From Sphingomonadaceae bacterium (GTDB lineage: Bacteria > Pseudomonadota > Alphaproteobacteria > Sphingomonadales > Sphingomonadaceae), in assembly GCA_035497315.1 (NCBI GenBank), contig DATJDU010000097.1:13548-77547 (forward strand): a stretch of DNA of 64,000 nt, given 5' to 3'. Below are positions 35,676 through 44,381 of this stretch, one piece after another. Positions within the stretch are counted from its first letter, which is position 1. Every line of letters starts with the position of its first letter. The notes beneath the pieces were generated by a model. The model saw only the letters and a list, made by a program, of their open reading frames with translations. It had not been told where the DNA came from and did no database searches. A program made the translations under genes and the position numbers.

Positions 35676-35713
35676 GGATGGCCCGCCCTGTTGGAGAGCG
35701 GGCCATCCTTTTT
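35676..35713 (+). terminator. Strong plus-strand intrinsic terminator (abuts the stop codon of the convergent aldehyde dehydrogenase)
   Basis: GGATGGCCCGC-11 nt loop-GCGGGCCATCC (11-bp perfect stem) followed directly by TTTTT. On the minus strand the stem is not directly followed by a U-run. Confidence 0.8.
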
Positions 35714-35717
35714 GTTA

Positions 35718-37232
35718 TCAGAGCTTCATCAGCACCGACTTGGTTTCGAGGTAAGCCTCGAGGCCCAGGCGGCCCTGTTCGTGGCCGATGCCGCTTTCCT
35801 TGTAGCCGCCGAAGGGCAGCGCCGGGTCGATCATCGCGTGGCAGTTGATCCACACGGTGCCGGCCTTGAGCTGGCTGGCGATGCGCACGGCGGCGCTGGC
35901 GTCCTTGGTCCACACACCGGCGGCGAGGCCGAACGGCGTGTCGTTGGCTTCCTTCACCACGTCGTTCAGATCGTCGAAGCGCTGGGCAACCACCACCGGG
36001 CCGAAGATTTCCTCGCGAACGACGCTCATCTGCGGGTTCACGTCGGTCAGGATCGTGGGGCTGATGTAATAGCCGCCATCGTTGCTGGGCACGTCGCCGC
36101 CCATCAGCACCGATGCGCCATCGCGCTTGCCGGCTTCGATATAGCCGAGCACGCGCTCATGCTGTTCCTTCGACACCACCGGGCCCATATGGGCGGTCGG
36201 GTCGAGCGAGGGGCGCGGGGCCCAGAAATCGGCGGTTGCGGCCATGCCTTCCACCACCTTGTCGAACACGCTCTTATGCGCATAGAGGCGCGAACCGGCC
36301 ACGCAGACCTGGCCCGAATTGAAGAAGATCGCGCCCGCAACGCCCGGCGCGGTTTCGGCCACGTCGACATCGGGCATGACGACCACCGGGCTCTTGCCGC
36401 CCAGTTCCAGCGTGACATGCTTCAGCGTTTCGGTGGCGTTGCGGTTGATCAGCTTGCCGATCTCGGTCGAACCGGTGAAGGCCACCTTGTCCACATCGGG
36501 GTGCTTGACCATGCGGTCACCCGCAGTGTGGCCATAGCCGGTGATGATGTTGACCACGCCGGCCGGCACGCCCGCTTCGTTGATCAGGTCGGCCAGACGC
36601 AGCGCGGTAAGGCTGGTCTGTTCGGCGGGCTTCAGCACCGTGGTGCAGCCTGCGGCCAGAGCCGGGGCGATCTTGAGGCAGGCCATCAGCAGCGGGAAGT
36701 TCCACGGCACGATCTGCGCGCAGACGCCGACGGGTTCCTTGAGCGTATAGGCGAACATCGTGCCGCCCGGCATGGCATAGGGGGCCTGCGTTTCGCCGCC
36801 GATCTTGCCGGCCCAGCCAGCCATGTAGCGGAAGTGGGCGGCAGCGCCCGGCACGTCCACCGCATTGGCCATGCCCACCGGCTTGCCCACGTCGATCGCT
36901 TCCAGCTCGGCCAGTTCGGCGCCATGGGCTTCGATCAGATCGGCGATCTTGTGCATGGTCTTTTCACGCTCGATCGGCGGCAGGTTGCGCCAGCGGCCAT
37001 CGTCGAACGCGATGCGCGCGGCGGCAACGGCCCGGTCCACATCCTTGTCGGTCGCTTCCACAAAGCTGGAGATGACCTTGCCCGACGAGGGATCTTCGAC
37101 GTCGATGGTCTTGTCGCCGGAGCTGTCGACCCATTCGCCGTTGATGTAGAGCTGCGGCTTGCGCGCCAGTGCCTTCTTCGCGGCATCCGAATATTCCCGC
37201 TGGGTGCGGTCGATGGTGGTGATCTCGTTCAT
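35718..37232 (-). CDS. NAD(P)-dependent aldehyde dehydrogenase
   Basis: 504 aa. FTGSTEIGK, ELGGKSP, catalytic Cys region FFNSGQVCVAGSRL, EEIFGPV. Confidence 0.93.
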   Translation of the reverse strand: MNEITTIDRTQREYSDAAKKALARKPQLYINGEWVDSSGDKTIDVEDPSSGKVISSFVEATDKDVDRAVAAARIAFDDGRWRNLPPIEREKTMHKIADLIEAHGAELAELEAIDVGKPVGMANAVDVPGAAAHFRYMAGWAGKIGGETQAPYAMPGGTMFAYTLKEPVGVCAQIVPWNFPLLMACLKIAPALAAGCTTVLKPAEQTSLTALRLADLINEAGVPAGVVNIITGYGHTAGDRMVKHPDVDKVAFTGSTEIGKLINRNATETLKHVTLELGGKSPVVVMPDVDVAETAPGVAGAIFFNSGQVCVAGSRLYAHKSVFDKVVEGMAATADFWAPRPSLDPTAHMGPVVSKEQHERVLGYIEAGKRDGASVLMGGDVPSNDGGYYISPTILTDVNPQMSVVREEIFGPVVVAQRFDDLNDVVKEANDTPFGLAAGVWTKDASAAVRIASQLKAGTVWINCHAMIDPALPFGGYKESGIGHEQGRLGLEAYLETKSVLMKL

Positions 37233-37392
37233 CTCAGGTCCTTTCCCGATGCGAATCCCTATTGCTCGCTCAAACTACCACAAAATCAGGGGCTCTGCCC
37301 ATGGGGGCACAGCTCCAACGTAACGCTCGTTACAATCCCCGAGGCGCCTCTGTCGAATCAGAAATGCGCGGGGAAAGCTGCCTTTGCGCGGC

Positions 37393-39537
37393 TCAGGTGC
37401 CGGGCCCGCCGAGCTTCTTGTCCTCATTGGCGCGGAAGATCGCATATTGGCGGATCGCCTCGATCTCATCGCGCGAGAGAATGCCGGCGAAGGCGGCCAT
37501 GCCATTATCCTGCAGGGCGCCGTCATGCACCACGCTGGCCCAGCCTTCCGCGCTGCCCAGCAGGGCGCTGCGCCGCAGGTCCGGCAGAACGGTGGAGCCG
37601 ACTGCCGCATCGCCATGGCACTGCCCGCAATAGCGGCCGTAATTATACGTCGCGCCGGCAAGCTGTGCCTGGGTGCCCTTGAAGGGCGGCGGATCGATCG
37701 GCATGCGCGCCAGCGGAGGGGCGGGGGGCAGGCTGGCCTTGCCGCCCAGCTTGAACACCAGCAGGCGTGAGATATTGGGCACCGGGCCGGAAATCTCGGC
37801 CAGCACGCCCCCGGGGGCCAGCGGCCAGATGCCGCCCCAGCCTGCCAGCACGGCCACATATTGCTCGCCATCGATCATATAGGTCATCGGAGGGGCGACC
37901 ACGCCGGTCTGCGCCGCGAAGGACCACATCTGCTTGCCGTCATGCGCATCATAGGCAACCAGATTGCCTGCCGCTGTGCCCTGGAACAGCAATCCGCCCG
38001 CGGTGGAAAGCAACCCGCCGTTCCACGGGCCCTTGTAGGGCACGCGCCAGCGTTCCTTCTGGGCCACCGGGTCCCACGCGATCAGCGCGCCCTTGGTGGC
38101 TGCCTGCGCCCCTTCGCGCACCGCCCGATTGGCGGGCATGCCGCCTGCGGCCTGATCGACGCCCACATTGAAGCCGCGCTTCGGATTGGCCTTCCAGTCC
38201 TTCTCGGGGAAATAGGGGAAGGCGGCTTCGATCGCGGGGATATAGACCAGCCCTTCCTTGGGGCTGAATGCCATCGGATGCCAGCTATGTCCGCCGCCCG
38301 CGCCGGGGGTGGAAACGAAGGGCTTGCCCGTCTTGTCATAGCGGGCCAGCGGGTTTTCGACCGGCCGTCCGGTCTTCATGTCGACCCCGGTGGTCCAGTT
38401 CTGCGGCACGTAGTTCCTGGCGGAGATCAGCTTGCCCGTCTCGCGGTCGATTACATAGAAAAAGCCGTTCTTGGGGGCCTGCATCAGCACCTTGCGCTCT
38501 TTCCCGTCGATCTTCAGCGTGGCCAGCATGATGTGCTGCGTGGCGGTGAAGTCCCAGGTTTCGCCGGGCGTTTCCTGATAGTGCCAGACATATTCGCCCG
38601 TATCGGGCCGGATCGCCACGATGGAGCTGAGATAGAGATTGTCCCCGCCGCCGGGCGAACGATAGGACTGGTTCCAGGGCGAACCATTGCCCACGCCGAT
38701 ATAGAGCAGGTCCAGATCGGGATCGTAGGCCATGGAATCCCACACGGTGCCGCCGCCGCCCAGCTTCCAGAACTCGCCGTTCCAGGTCTTGCGGGCCTTG
38801 GCGAGATATTCCGGCTCGTCCTTCGCTTCCTCCGGCGCGCCGGGCACGGTGTAGAAGCGCCACAGCTGCTTGCCGCTGTCGGCATCATAAGCCGTGACAT
38901 AGCCGCGCACGCCATATTCGGCGCCGCCATTGCCGATGATCACCTTGCCCTTCACCACGCGGGGGGCGCCGGTGATCGTAAAGGCCTTGGACTGGTCCAC
39001 CGTGACCTGCGACCAGACTTCCTTGCCCGTCTCGCGGTCCAGCGCGATCAGGCGGCCGTCCAGCGTACCCAGAAACAGCTTGTCGCCCCATGCGCCAAGC
39101 CCGCGATTGACCACGTCGCAGCAGGCCTTAACCCCGGTTTCGCCCGGCACCTTGGGATCGTATTCCCACAGCAGTTCGCCGGTCTTGCCGTCATAGGCCT
39201 TCACCTTGCTCCACGCCGTGGTGATGTAGAGCTTGCCGCCGATCATCAGCGGCGTGCCTTCCTGCCCGCGCGCCGTATCGAGATCGGCCGACCAGGCGAG
39301 GCCGAGATCCTTCACATTGTCGAGATTGATCTTGTCGAGCGGGGAATAGCGCTGTTCGCCATAGTCGCGGCCATAGGTCAGCCATTCGCCATCGGGCGGG
39401 GAGGTGATCATCGCCTCGGTGACGCCGCCTGTGGCGCTCTCGCTCTTGCTGCAACCTGCCAGAACCAGAGAAGCGGCCAGTGCCGCGACAAGTCCGAACC
39501 GCATCCGTACACTCCCAGAGCGCCCTGCCGTCTTCAT
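37393..39537 (-). CDS. PQQ-dependent quinohemoprotein alcohol dehydrogenase (methanol/ethanol family with C-terminal cytochrome c domain)
   Basis: PQQ beta-propeller W-motifs, the vicinal CC of the ADH family (GVKACCDVVNRG) and C-terminal heme site CGQCHG. Lipobox-like LVLAGCS in the signal peptide; an alternative start is at MRFGL. Confidence 0.92.
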   Translation of the reverse strand: MKTAGRSGSVRMRFGLVAALAASLVLAGCSKSESATGGVTEAMITSPPDGEWLTYGRDYGEQRYSPLDKINLDNVKDLGLAWSADLDTARGQEGTPLMIGGKLYITTAWSKVKAYDGKTGELLWEYDPKVPGETGVKACCDVVNRGLGAWGDKLFLGTLDGRLIALDRETGKEVWSQVTVDQSKAFTITGAPRVVKGKVIIGNGGAEYGVRGYVTAYDADSGKQLWRFYTVPGAPEEAKDEPEYLAKARKTWNGEFWKLGGGGTVWDSMAYDPDLDLLYIGVGNGSPWNQSYRSPGGGDNLYLSSIVAIRPDTGEYVWHYQETPGETWDFTATQHIMLATLKIDGKERKVLMQAPKNGFFYVIDRETGKLISARNYVPQNWTTGVDMKTGRPVENPLARYDKTGKPFVSTPGAGGGHSWHPMAFSPKEGLVYIPAIEAAFPYFPEKDWKANPKRGFNVGVDQAAGGMPANRAVREGAQAATKGALIAWDPVAQKERWRVPYKGPWNGGLLSTAGGLLFQGTAAGNLVAYDAHDGKQMWSFAAQTGVVAPPMTYMIDGEQYVAVLAGWGGIWPLAPGGVLAEISGPVPNISRLLVFKLGGKASLPPAPPLARMPIDPPPFKGTQAQLAGATYNYGRYCGQCHGDAAVGSTVLPDLRRSALLGSAEGWASVVHDGALQDNGMAAFAGILSRDEIEAIRQYAIFRANEDKKLGGPGT

Positions 39538-39744
39538 GCGGCCCGGGCAATTTGTAAGCAGTGCCTACGATTGGCCGCCGGTTGTGGTCAAGCTTAGAAA
39601 ACGCGCGGATTGCGCACAGTGCGGCGCGCAGATTCCCCATTGCCTCGATTGCCGGATTGGCTGTATCGAAAGCGCGTCAGAAGAGCGCGAGCCCGCGTTA
39701 TGACCCTGGCTTAGCATCAGCAAAGCTTAGATCAGGACACTCTC

Positions 39745-40854
39745 ATGAGCACTAAACTGCCTTCGCGCGCCGACCATGTCGGTTCCTTCCTGCGTCCGCG
39801 CGAGATTATCGAAGCGCGCGAACATCGCGCGGCCAACAACATCGACTATGACACCCTGCGCAAGATCGAGGACAAGGCGATTGCCGACCTCGTCAAATGG
39901 GAAGAGGAACTGGGCCTCAAGGCAATCACCGATGGCGAGTTTCGCCGTTACTTCTTCCATACCGATTTCCTGCTTAAGCTGGACGGGGTGGAAGAACAGG
40001 GCGGCATCGCCAAGGCCTTCAAGAACGACACCGGCAAGGACGTGCATTTCGCGCCGCCCAAGATGGTCGTCTCGGGCAAGATCCGCCATGTCGAACCGAT
40101 CCAGCTGGCCGATTACCAATATCTCGCCAGCCTGACGAAAGAGACGCCCAAGGTCTCGATCCCTTCGCCCACCATGCTGCATTTCCGGGCCGGTCGCAGC
40201 GGCATTCCCGAAGACGTCTATCCCACGATGGACGAATTCTATGCCGACGTCGCCGCCGCCTATCGCGCGGAAGTGACGAGCCTTGCCGATGCCGGCTGCC
40301 GCTACATCCAGATGGACGATACTAACCTGGCCTATCTGTGCGACGACAGCCACCGCGCCGATGCAGCCGCGCGCGGGGTCGATCCCAACGATACGCCGCG
40401 CCAATATGCCAAGCTGATCAATGACAGCTTCGCCAGCGCGCCAGCCGACATGATCAAGGCGGTCCATCTGTGCCGGGGCAATTTCCGCTCCAGCTGGGCG
40501 GCCGAAGGCGGCTATGAGCCGGTGGCCGAGATCATGTTCAACGAACTCGATATCGACGCCTTCTTCCTTGAATATGACGATCCGCGTTCCGGCGATTTCG
40601 CCCCGCTGCGCTTCCTGCCCAAGGGCAAGACGGTGGTGCTGGGCCTCGTCACCACCAAGCTCGGCGAGCTGGAAACCAAGGACGATATCAAGCGCCGGAT
40701 CGACGAGGCAGCCAAGTTCGCCCCGCTCGACCAGCTGGCCCTCTCGCCGCAATGCGGCTTTGCCAGCACGGTGCATGGCAATGACATCTCCACTCAGCAG
40801 CAGGCGGCCAAGATCCGTCTGGTGGTGGAAGTTGCCGAAGAAGTCTGGGGCTAA
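39745..40854 (+). CDS. Cobalamin-independent methionine synthase (MetE C-terminal domain-like) family protein
   Basis: 369 aa. RADHVGSFLRP...ITDGEFRR...IQMDD...HLCRGN...LSPQCGFAS is the single-domain MetE-like/UROD-fold family pattern. Confidence 0.85.
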   Translation: MSTKLPSRADHVGSFLRPREIIEAREHRAANNIDYDTLRKIEDKAIADLVKWEEELGLKAITDGEFRRYFFHTDFLLKLDGVEEQGGIAKAFKNDTGKDVHFAPPKMVVSGKIRHVEPIQLADYQYLASLTKETPKVSIPSPTMLHFRAGRSGIPEDVYPTMDEFYADVAAAYRAEVTSLADAGCRYIQMDDTNLAYLCDDSHRADAAARGVDPNDTPRQYAKLINDSFASAPADMIKAVHLCRGNFRSSWAAEGGYEPVAEIMFNELDIDAFFLEYDDPRSGDFAPLRFLPKGKTVVLGLVTTKLGELETKDDIKRRIDEAAKFAPLDQLALSPQCGFASTVHGNDISTQQQAAKIRLVVEVAEEVWG

Positions 40855-40917
40855 ACCCAGTCACCTGTTTCGTCACTGCGAGGGGCTTTGGTCCCTCGCA
40901 GTGGCAAACGGGGTGCA

Positions 40918-41325
40918 TCAGGCCGGAAGGCCTTCGAACTTCGGAATATCGCGCATCGCATCCTCCCAGCCCGCCCGGCTGGCGGTGCAGATATGGGCAG
41001 TGGGGGAAATGCCCGGCTCGCCATCGAGGCTCCCTGCGGGCACGACGAGCAGAGCGCCATTCATCTGGATACTCGGCACCGCCGCTCCGCAAGTGGAGCA
41101 GAAGCTCTTCGCATGCCGGGTATCCGGGATCTGGTAATGGGTGATCTTCTCCTCGCCGCTCAGCCATGTGATCGTCGCCGTCGTTGAAAACAGGTTGGCC
41201 GCATGGGCGGAGCCTGTGTCCTTTCGGCAGCGGCCGCAGTGGCAGAGGAAGAAGCTCTGGAAGGCTCCCTCGATCTCGAACTGTACCGCGCCGCATTGGC
41301 AGGAACCCGAAGTCATTTGCGGCAT
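40918..41325 (-). CDS. GFA (glutathione-dependent formaldehyde-activating enzyme/CENP-V) family protein
   Basis: GSCQCGAVQFEI...LCHCGRCRKDTGSAHA...FCSTCG has the zinc-binding Cys pattern of the GFA family. Confidence 0.85.
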   Translation of the reverse strand: MPQMTSGSCQCGAVQFEIEGAFQSFFLCHCGRCRKDTGSAHAANLFSTTATITWLSGEEKITHYQIPDTRHAKSFCSTCGAAVPSIQMNGALLVVPAGSLDGEPGISPTAHICTASRAGWEDAMRDIPKFEGLPA

Positions 41326-41372
41326 AGTTCTCTCCGTTCGTCCGACAAGGCCGCAGGCCTAGCGGTTTCCCT

Positions 41373-41396
41373 CGTCCTTCGACAGGCTCAGGACGA
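41373..41396. repeat. Short palindromic REP-like unit (TCGTCC-TTCGACAGGCTCAG-GGACGA)
   Basis: 6-bp inverted arms around the motif CTTCGACAGGCTCAGGACGAACGG, which I recognise as a common alphaproteobacterial intergenic repeat. This is the only copy in the window. Confidence 0.4.
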
Positions 41397-41428
41397 ACGG
41401 ATGTGGTGTGGGGAACAGGCGCACAAAC

Positions 41429-41466
41429 AAAAAGGGCGGCCCCGCGAGGCCGCCCTTTTCTTTTCC
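41429..41466 (-). terminator. Intrinsic terminator downstream of the TonB-dependent receptor gene
   Basis: AAAAA-GGGCGGCC-CCGCGA-GGCCGCCC-TTTTCTTTTCC. On the minus strand the stem is followed by TTTTTGTTTG, 20 nt after the receptor stop. Confidence 0.75.
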
Positions 41467-41485
41467 GGTATGCCGGAGTTTCGGA

Positions 41486-43825
41486 TCAGAAGGTCTTCTT
41501 CACCGAAACGCGCCATTCGCGCGGTGCGCCGACCGTCGAATAAGCCGTGCCGCTGAGGGCGAAGACCGATGCGAAGCGGGTGGGCGTGTAATATTCGTCG
41601 AAGAGGTTGGTCACTTCGAGCGCAACTTCCACGTCCTTGTCCGCGTTGCGGTAGGTCAGGCGGGCGCTGCCCAGCGTATAGGCGTCCAGATACTGGAGAT
41701 CGGTGCTGATCGAGTCCAGCTGGTGGCCCATATACTGCTTGTCGCGATACGACACGTCGAAGCGCGGCGTGATCGTGCCCTTGTCGCCCAGGTCGACTTC
41801 GTACTGGATGCCGAAGCTGCCCTGGAAGGTCGGCGAAACGATCGGATCGTTCAGCGTCACGCTCGCGCCGACTTCCGTCGCGAGATAGGTGTACTTGGAA
41901 TCCAGCAGGCTGAGCGAGCCGTCGATGGTCAGGCCGTCGATCGGTTCGGCGAACAGTTCCGCTTCCACGCCCCAGATCTCGCCGTCGCCGGCATTGGCGC
42001 GCACCGCGCAGGGAGCCGGATGGCCACCGTAAGCGGTACAGTCGGACAGGCCGAGCTGGATGTCCTTGTAGCTGTTGTAGAAGCCGGAGATGTTCAGGCG
42101 CAGGCGGCGATCGAACAGGTCGGACTTCACGCCCAGCTCATAGGATGTAACGGTTTCGGGCTTGAAGGTGCCCATCGTGGCGTGTTCGGGATAGAACGGA
42201 CGCGCCGTGACGCCGCCGCCCTTGAAGCCGGTGCTGACGGTTGCATAGGCCAGCAGCTGGTCGTTGAAGCGGTAATCCGCCGAAACGCGCCAGTCTACCC
42301 GGTCGCCATCATAGATCGAGACGAGGCCGTCGAGGTTCTCGACGCCGCCGCCAACCACGCCCTGGCTGTAGTCCAGCCGGCGACGCACGAAGGTGTAGTC
42401 CTTGTGCTCGTCGGTGTAGCGCAGGCCGCCGGTCAGCGTGAAGCTGTCGGACGGACGGATGATCACGGTGCCGAAGGCGGCGATCGTGTCGGCATTGACC
42501 GGGTCGTTACCCACGAACTGCAGCGGGTTACCCGCATAGGGGCCGTAACGGATGTCCTGGATCGTGTAATAGGTGCTCTTCTGGTCGGAATAGAAGCCGC
42601 CCAGAGTATATTCCACCAGGTCGCCGATCTTGCCGTTCAGGCGCAGTTCCTGGCTGAAGAACCAGAAATCGAGATCGTTGTAGCCGCCCGCAGCAATCGC
42701 CGGGTTCGGCGTGAAGTCGTCATCCGAACCCCACTTGTTGTTATAGGCGCGATAGGCGGTGATCGACTGAATGTTCAGTGAATCGCTGATCTCGTAATTG
42801 GCATGGCCCGACAGGCCCCAGCCTTCGAAGACGTTGCGATTGCCGGTGTTCCAGGCGCCGGTCTGGCCTTCTGCGTTCAGGAACCAGCTGGCATAGGTGC
42901 AGTACTTGCCGCAGATGAAGTTCGACTGGGCGCTGTTCGTCACCGACAGGACGTCGGCCGAGCTGGTGCGGTCGGACTTCTGGTAATCGGCAGTCACCAT
43001 CAGCTCCAGCTTGGAGCCTTCATAACGCACCGCGCCGCGCAGGCCGGTGTAGTTCTGTTCGCCCAGCTTATCGACCACGCAGCTTTCATCCGAACCCGGA
43101 TGCGCCGCCATCATGGCGGGGATGCCTTCGGGATTGTTCGGATTGGCGCAGCCATAATCGACCTGGTCGACATAGCCTTCCTGGTTCTTGTGAACGGCCG
43201 AGAAGCGCGCGAACAGGCTGTCGGTGATCGGTACATTCGCACCGGCGCGCAGTTCCACGCGGTTGCGGCTGCCATAGCTGGCTTCGGCATAGGCCTCGGC
43301 ATTCGGGCCGGGCTTCTTGGAGAACAGCTTGATCGCGCCGCCGATCGAGTTACGGCCGGTCAGCGTGCCCTGCGGGCCGCGCAGGATTTCCACGCGCTCG
43401 AGGTCGAGCAGGTCGAAGTTCGCGCCGGTCAGCGTCGGATAATAGACATCGTCGATATACATGCCCACGCCCGGTTCATAGGCGGGGTTGAAATCGTACT
43501 GGCCGATGCCGCGGATCGAAGCCGACATCGATGCGCCATAGGCGCCGCCCTGCTCGGTCAGCGTCACGCTGGGAGCCTGTGCGGCGACGGCTTTGATATC
43601 GTCCTGATTGCGGGATTCCAGCAGCGCGGCATCGACTGCGGTGATCGACAGCGGCGTGTCCTGCAGCTTCTGTTCGCGGAACTGTGCGGTCACCACGATT
43701 TCATTGCTGCGGGGCGCTTCGGAATCGTCCTGGGCGAAGGCGGGAGTGCTTGCGACGACGGCAAGCGTCGAAACGGCAAGAGCGAGCGCACGGCGGTTTG
43801 CCGTGGAACGGTTGTATGTGGTCAT
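41486..43825 (-). CDS. TonB-dependent receptor
   Basis: Signal peptide, plug motif EIVVTAQFREQKLQDTPLSITAV, beta-barrel repeats, C-terminal ...VSVKKTF aromatic terminus, 779 aa. Confidence 0.93.
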   Translation of the reverse strand: MTTYNRSTANRRALALAVSTLAVVASTPAFAQDDSEAPRSNEIVVTAQFREQKLQDTPLSITAVDAALLESRNQDDIKAVAAQAPSVTLTEQGGAYGASMSASIRGIGQYDFNPAYEPGVGMYIDDVYYPTLTGANFDLLDLERVEILRGPQGTLTGRNSIGGAIKLFSKKPGPNAEAYAEASYGSRNRVELRAGANVPITDSLFARFSAVHKNQEGYVDQVDYGCANPNNPEGIPAMMAAHPGSDESCVVDKLGEQNYTGLRGAVRYEGSKLELMVTADYQKSDRTSSADVLSVTNSAQSNFICGKYCTYASWFLNAEGQTGAWNTGNRNVFEGWGLSGHANYEISDSLNIQSITAYRAYNNKWGSDDDFTPNPAIAAGGYNDLDFWFFSQELRLNGKIGDLVEYTLGGFYSDQKSTYYTIQDIRYGPYAGNPLQFVGNDPVNADTIAAFGTVIIRPSDSFTLTGGLRYTDEHKDYTFVRRRLDYSQGVVGGGVENLDGLVSIYDGDRVDWRVSADYRFNDQLLAYATVSTGFKGGGVTARPFYPEHATMGTFKPETVTSYELGVKSDLFDRRLRLNISGFYNSYKDIQLGLSDCTAYGGHPAPCAVRANAGDGEIWGVEAELFAEPIDGLTIDGSLSLLDSKYTYLATEVGASVTLNDPIVSPTFQGSFGIQYEVDLGDKGTITPRFDVSYRDKQYMGHQLDSISTDLQYLDAYTLGSARLTYRNADKDVEVALEVTNLFDEYYTPTRFASVFALSGTAYSTVGAPREWRVSVKKTF

Positions 43826-43843
43826 GTACCTCTCCAGAAGGGC

Positions 43844-43866
43844 GCAATTGCGGGGGATGCAATTGC
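43844..43866. promoter_or_regulatory. Two palindromic GCAATTGC boxes 15 bp apart in the receptor gene leader
   Basis: GCAATTGC at 43844-43851 and 43859-43866, 19-41 nt upstream of the receptor start codon. They could bind a dimeric regulator or form an 8-bp hairpin next to the SD. Confidence 0.3.
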
Positions 43867-44381
43867 CTGGCTAATGAATCCCCTGGTGCGGCGGCACATA
43901 GGATGGAACGGTGCTTTCGCAACCGTTTAGGCCCGGTTTTGCGCGCATGAGCAACGAGTGATGCACGAAATCAACAGTTTGACGGAGGCAAACGCGAAGG
44001 CGCTCTCGCCGATCTCAAAATAGAACGATTTTTTGTGTAATCCGCTTCAAGTATTGGCAGAGATCAGCTTGGCGGCGCGGCGAGTATCTGTTCCGCGCGC
44101 CAAGTGGAAAGGACCGCCGCCCGACAGTCGATCAGATTTATGTGTTTGAATAAAAGATGGGGTCGCCGATGGCGCACGCTCTTCCGGTCTTGGCGGGCAA
44201 ATCGTCTCGCAGAAGTGATTTCTTGGCACTCGGCATCCGTTCGGGTGCAAAGTCGGGCCGGGTCTTGCCGGAGGAGGAACGTGCCGGGCCTGGGCCGAAC
44301 AGGGCCACGTAATACTGTCGAAGCCGGCTCACCTTAGGCCAGGCGCCGCCTCTGAATATACGGCATGTGTGCCCGGCTACA

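Noticed and set aside
35411-35713. tmRNA (ssrA), one-piece or alphaproteobacterial two-piece, suggested by the G3.U70 acceptor stem, T arm and downstream terminator.
   Set aside because: In permuted alpha-type genes the T arm and 3' acceptor strand precede the 5' acceptor strand, and here the order is the reverse. The two strands are only about 55 nt apart, so there is no mRNA-like domain between them. No ANDN...(L/V)AA-type tag frame is present in any frame downstream.
39590-39731. 9-bp direct repeat AAGCTTAGA at 39590 and 39723 in the ADH/MetE-like divergent spacer.
   Set aside because: A single 9-mer recurrence within about 200 bp is within chance expectation, and there is no supporting symmetry.
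39538-39744. SAM-II or cobalamin riboswitch upstream of the MetE-like gene.
   Set aside because: I found no B12-box-like sequence and could not build the SAM-II pseudoknot. Only an AAAGCU-containing stretch is present. An Infernal scan would be decisive, but I cannot support a call.
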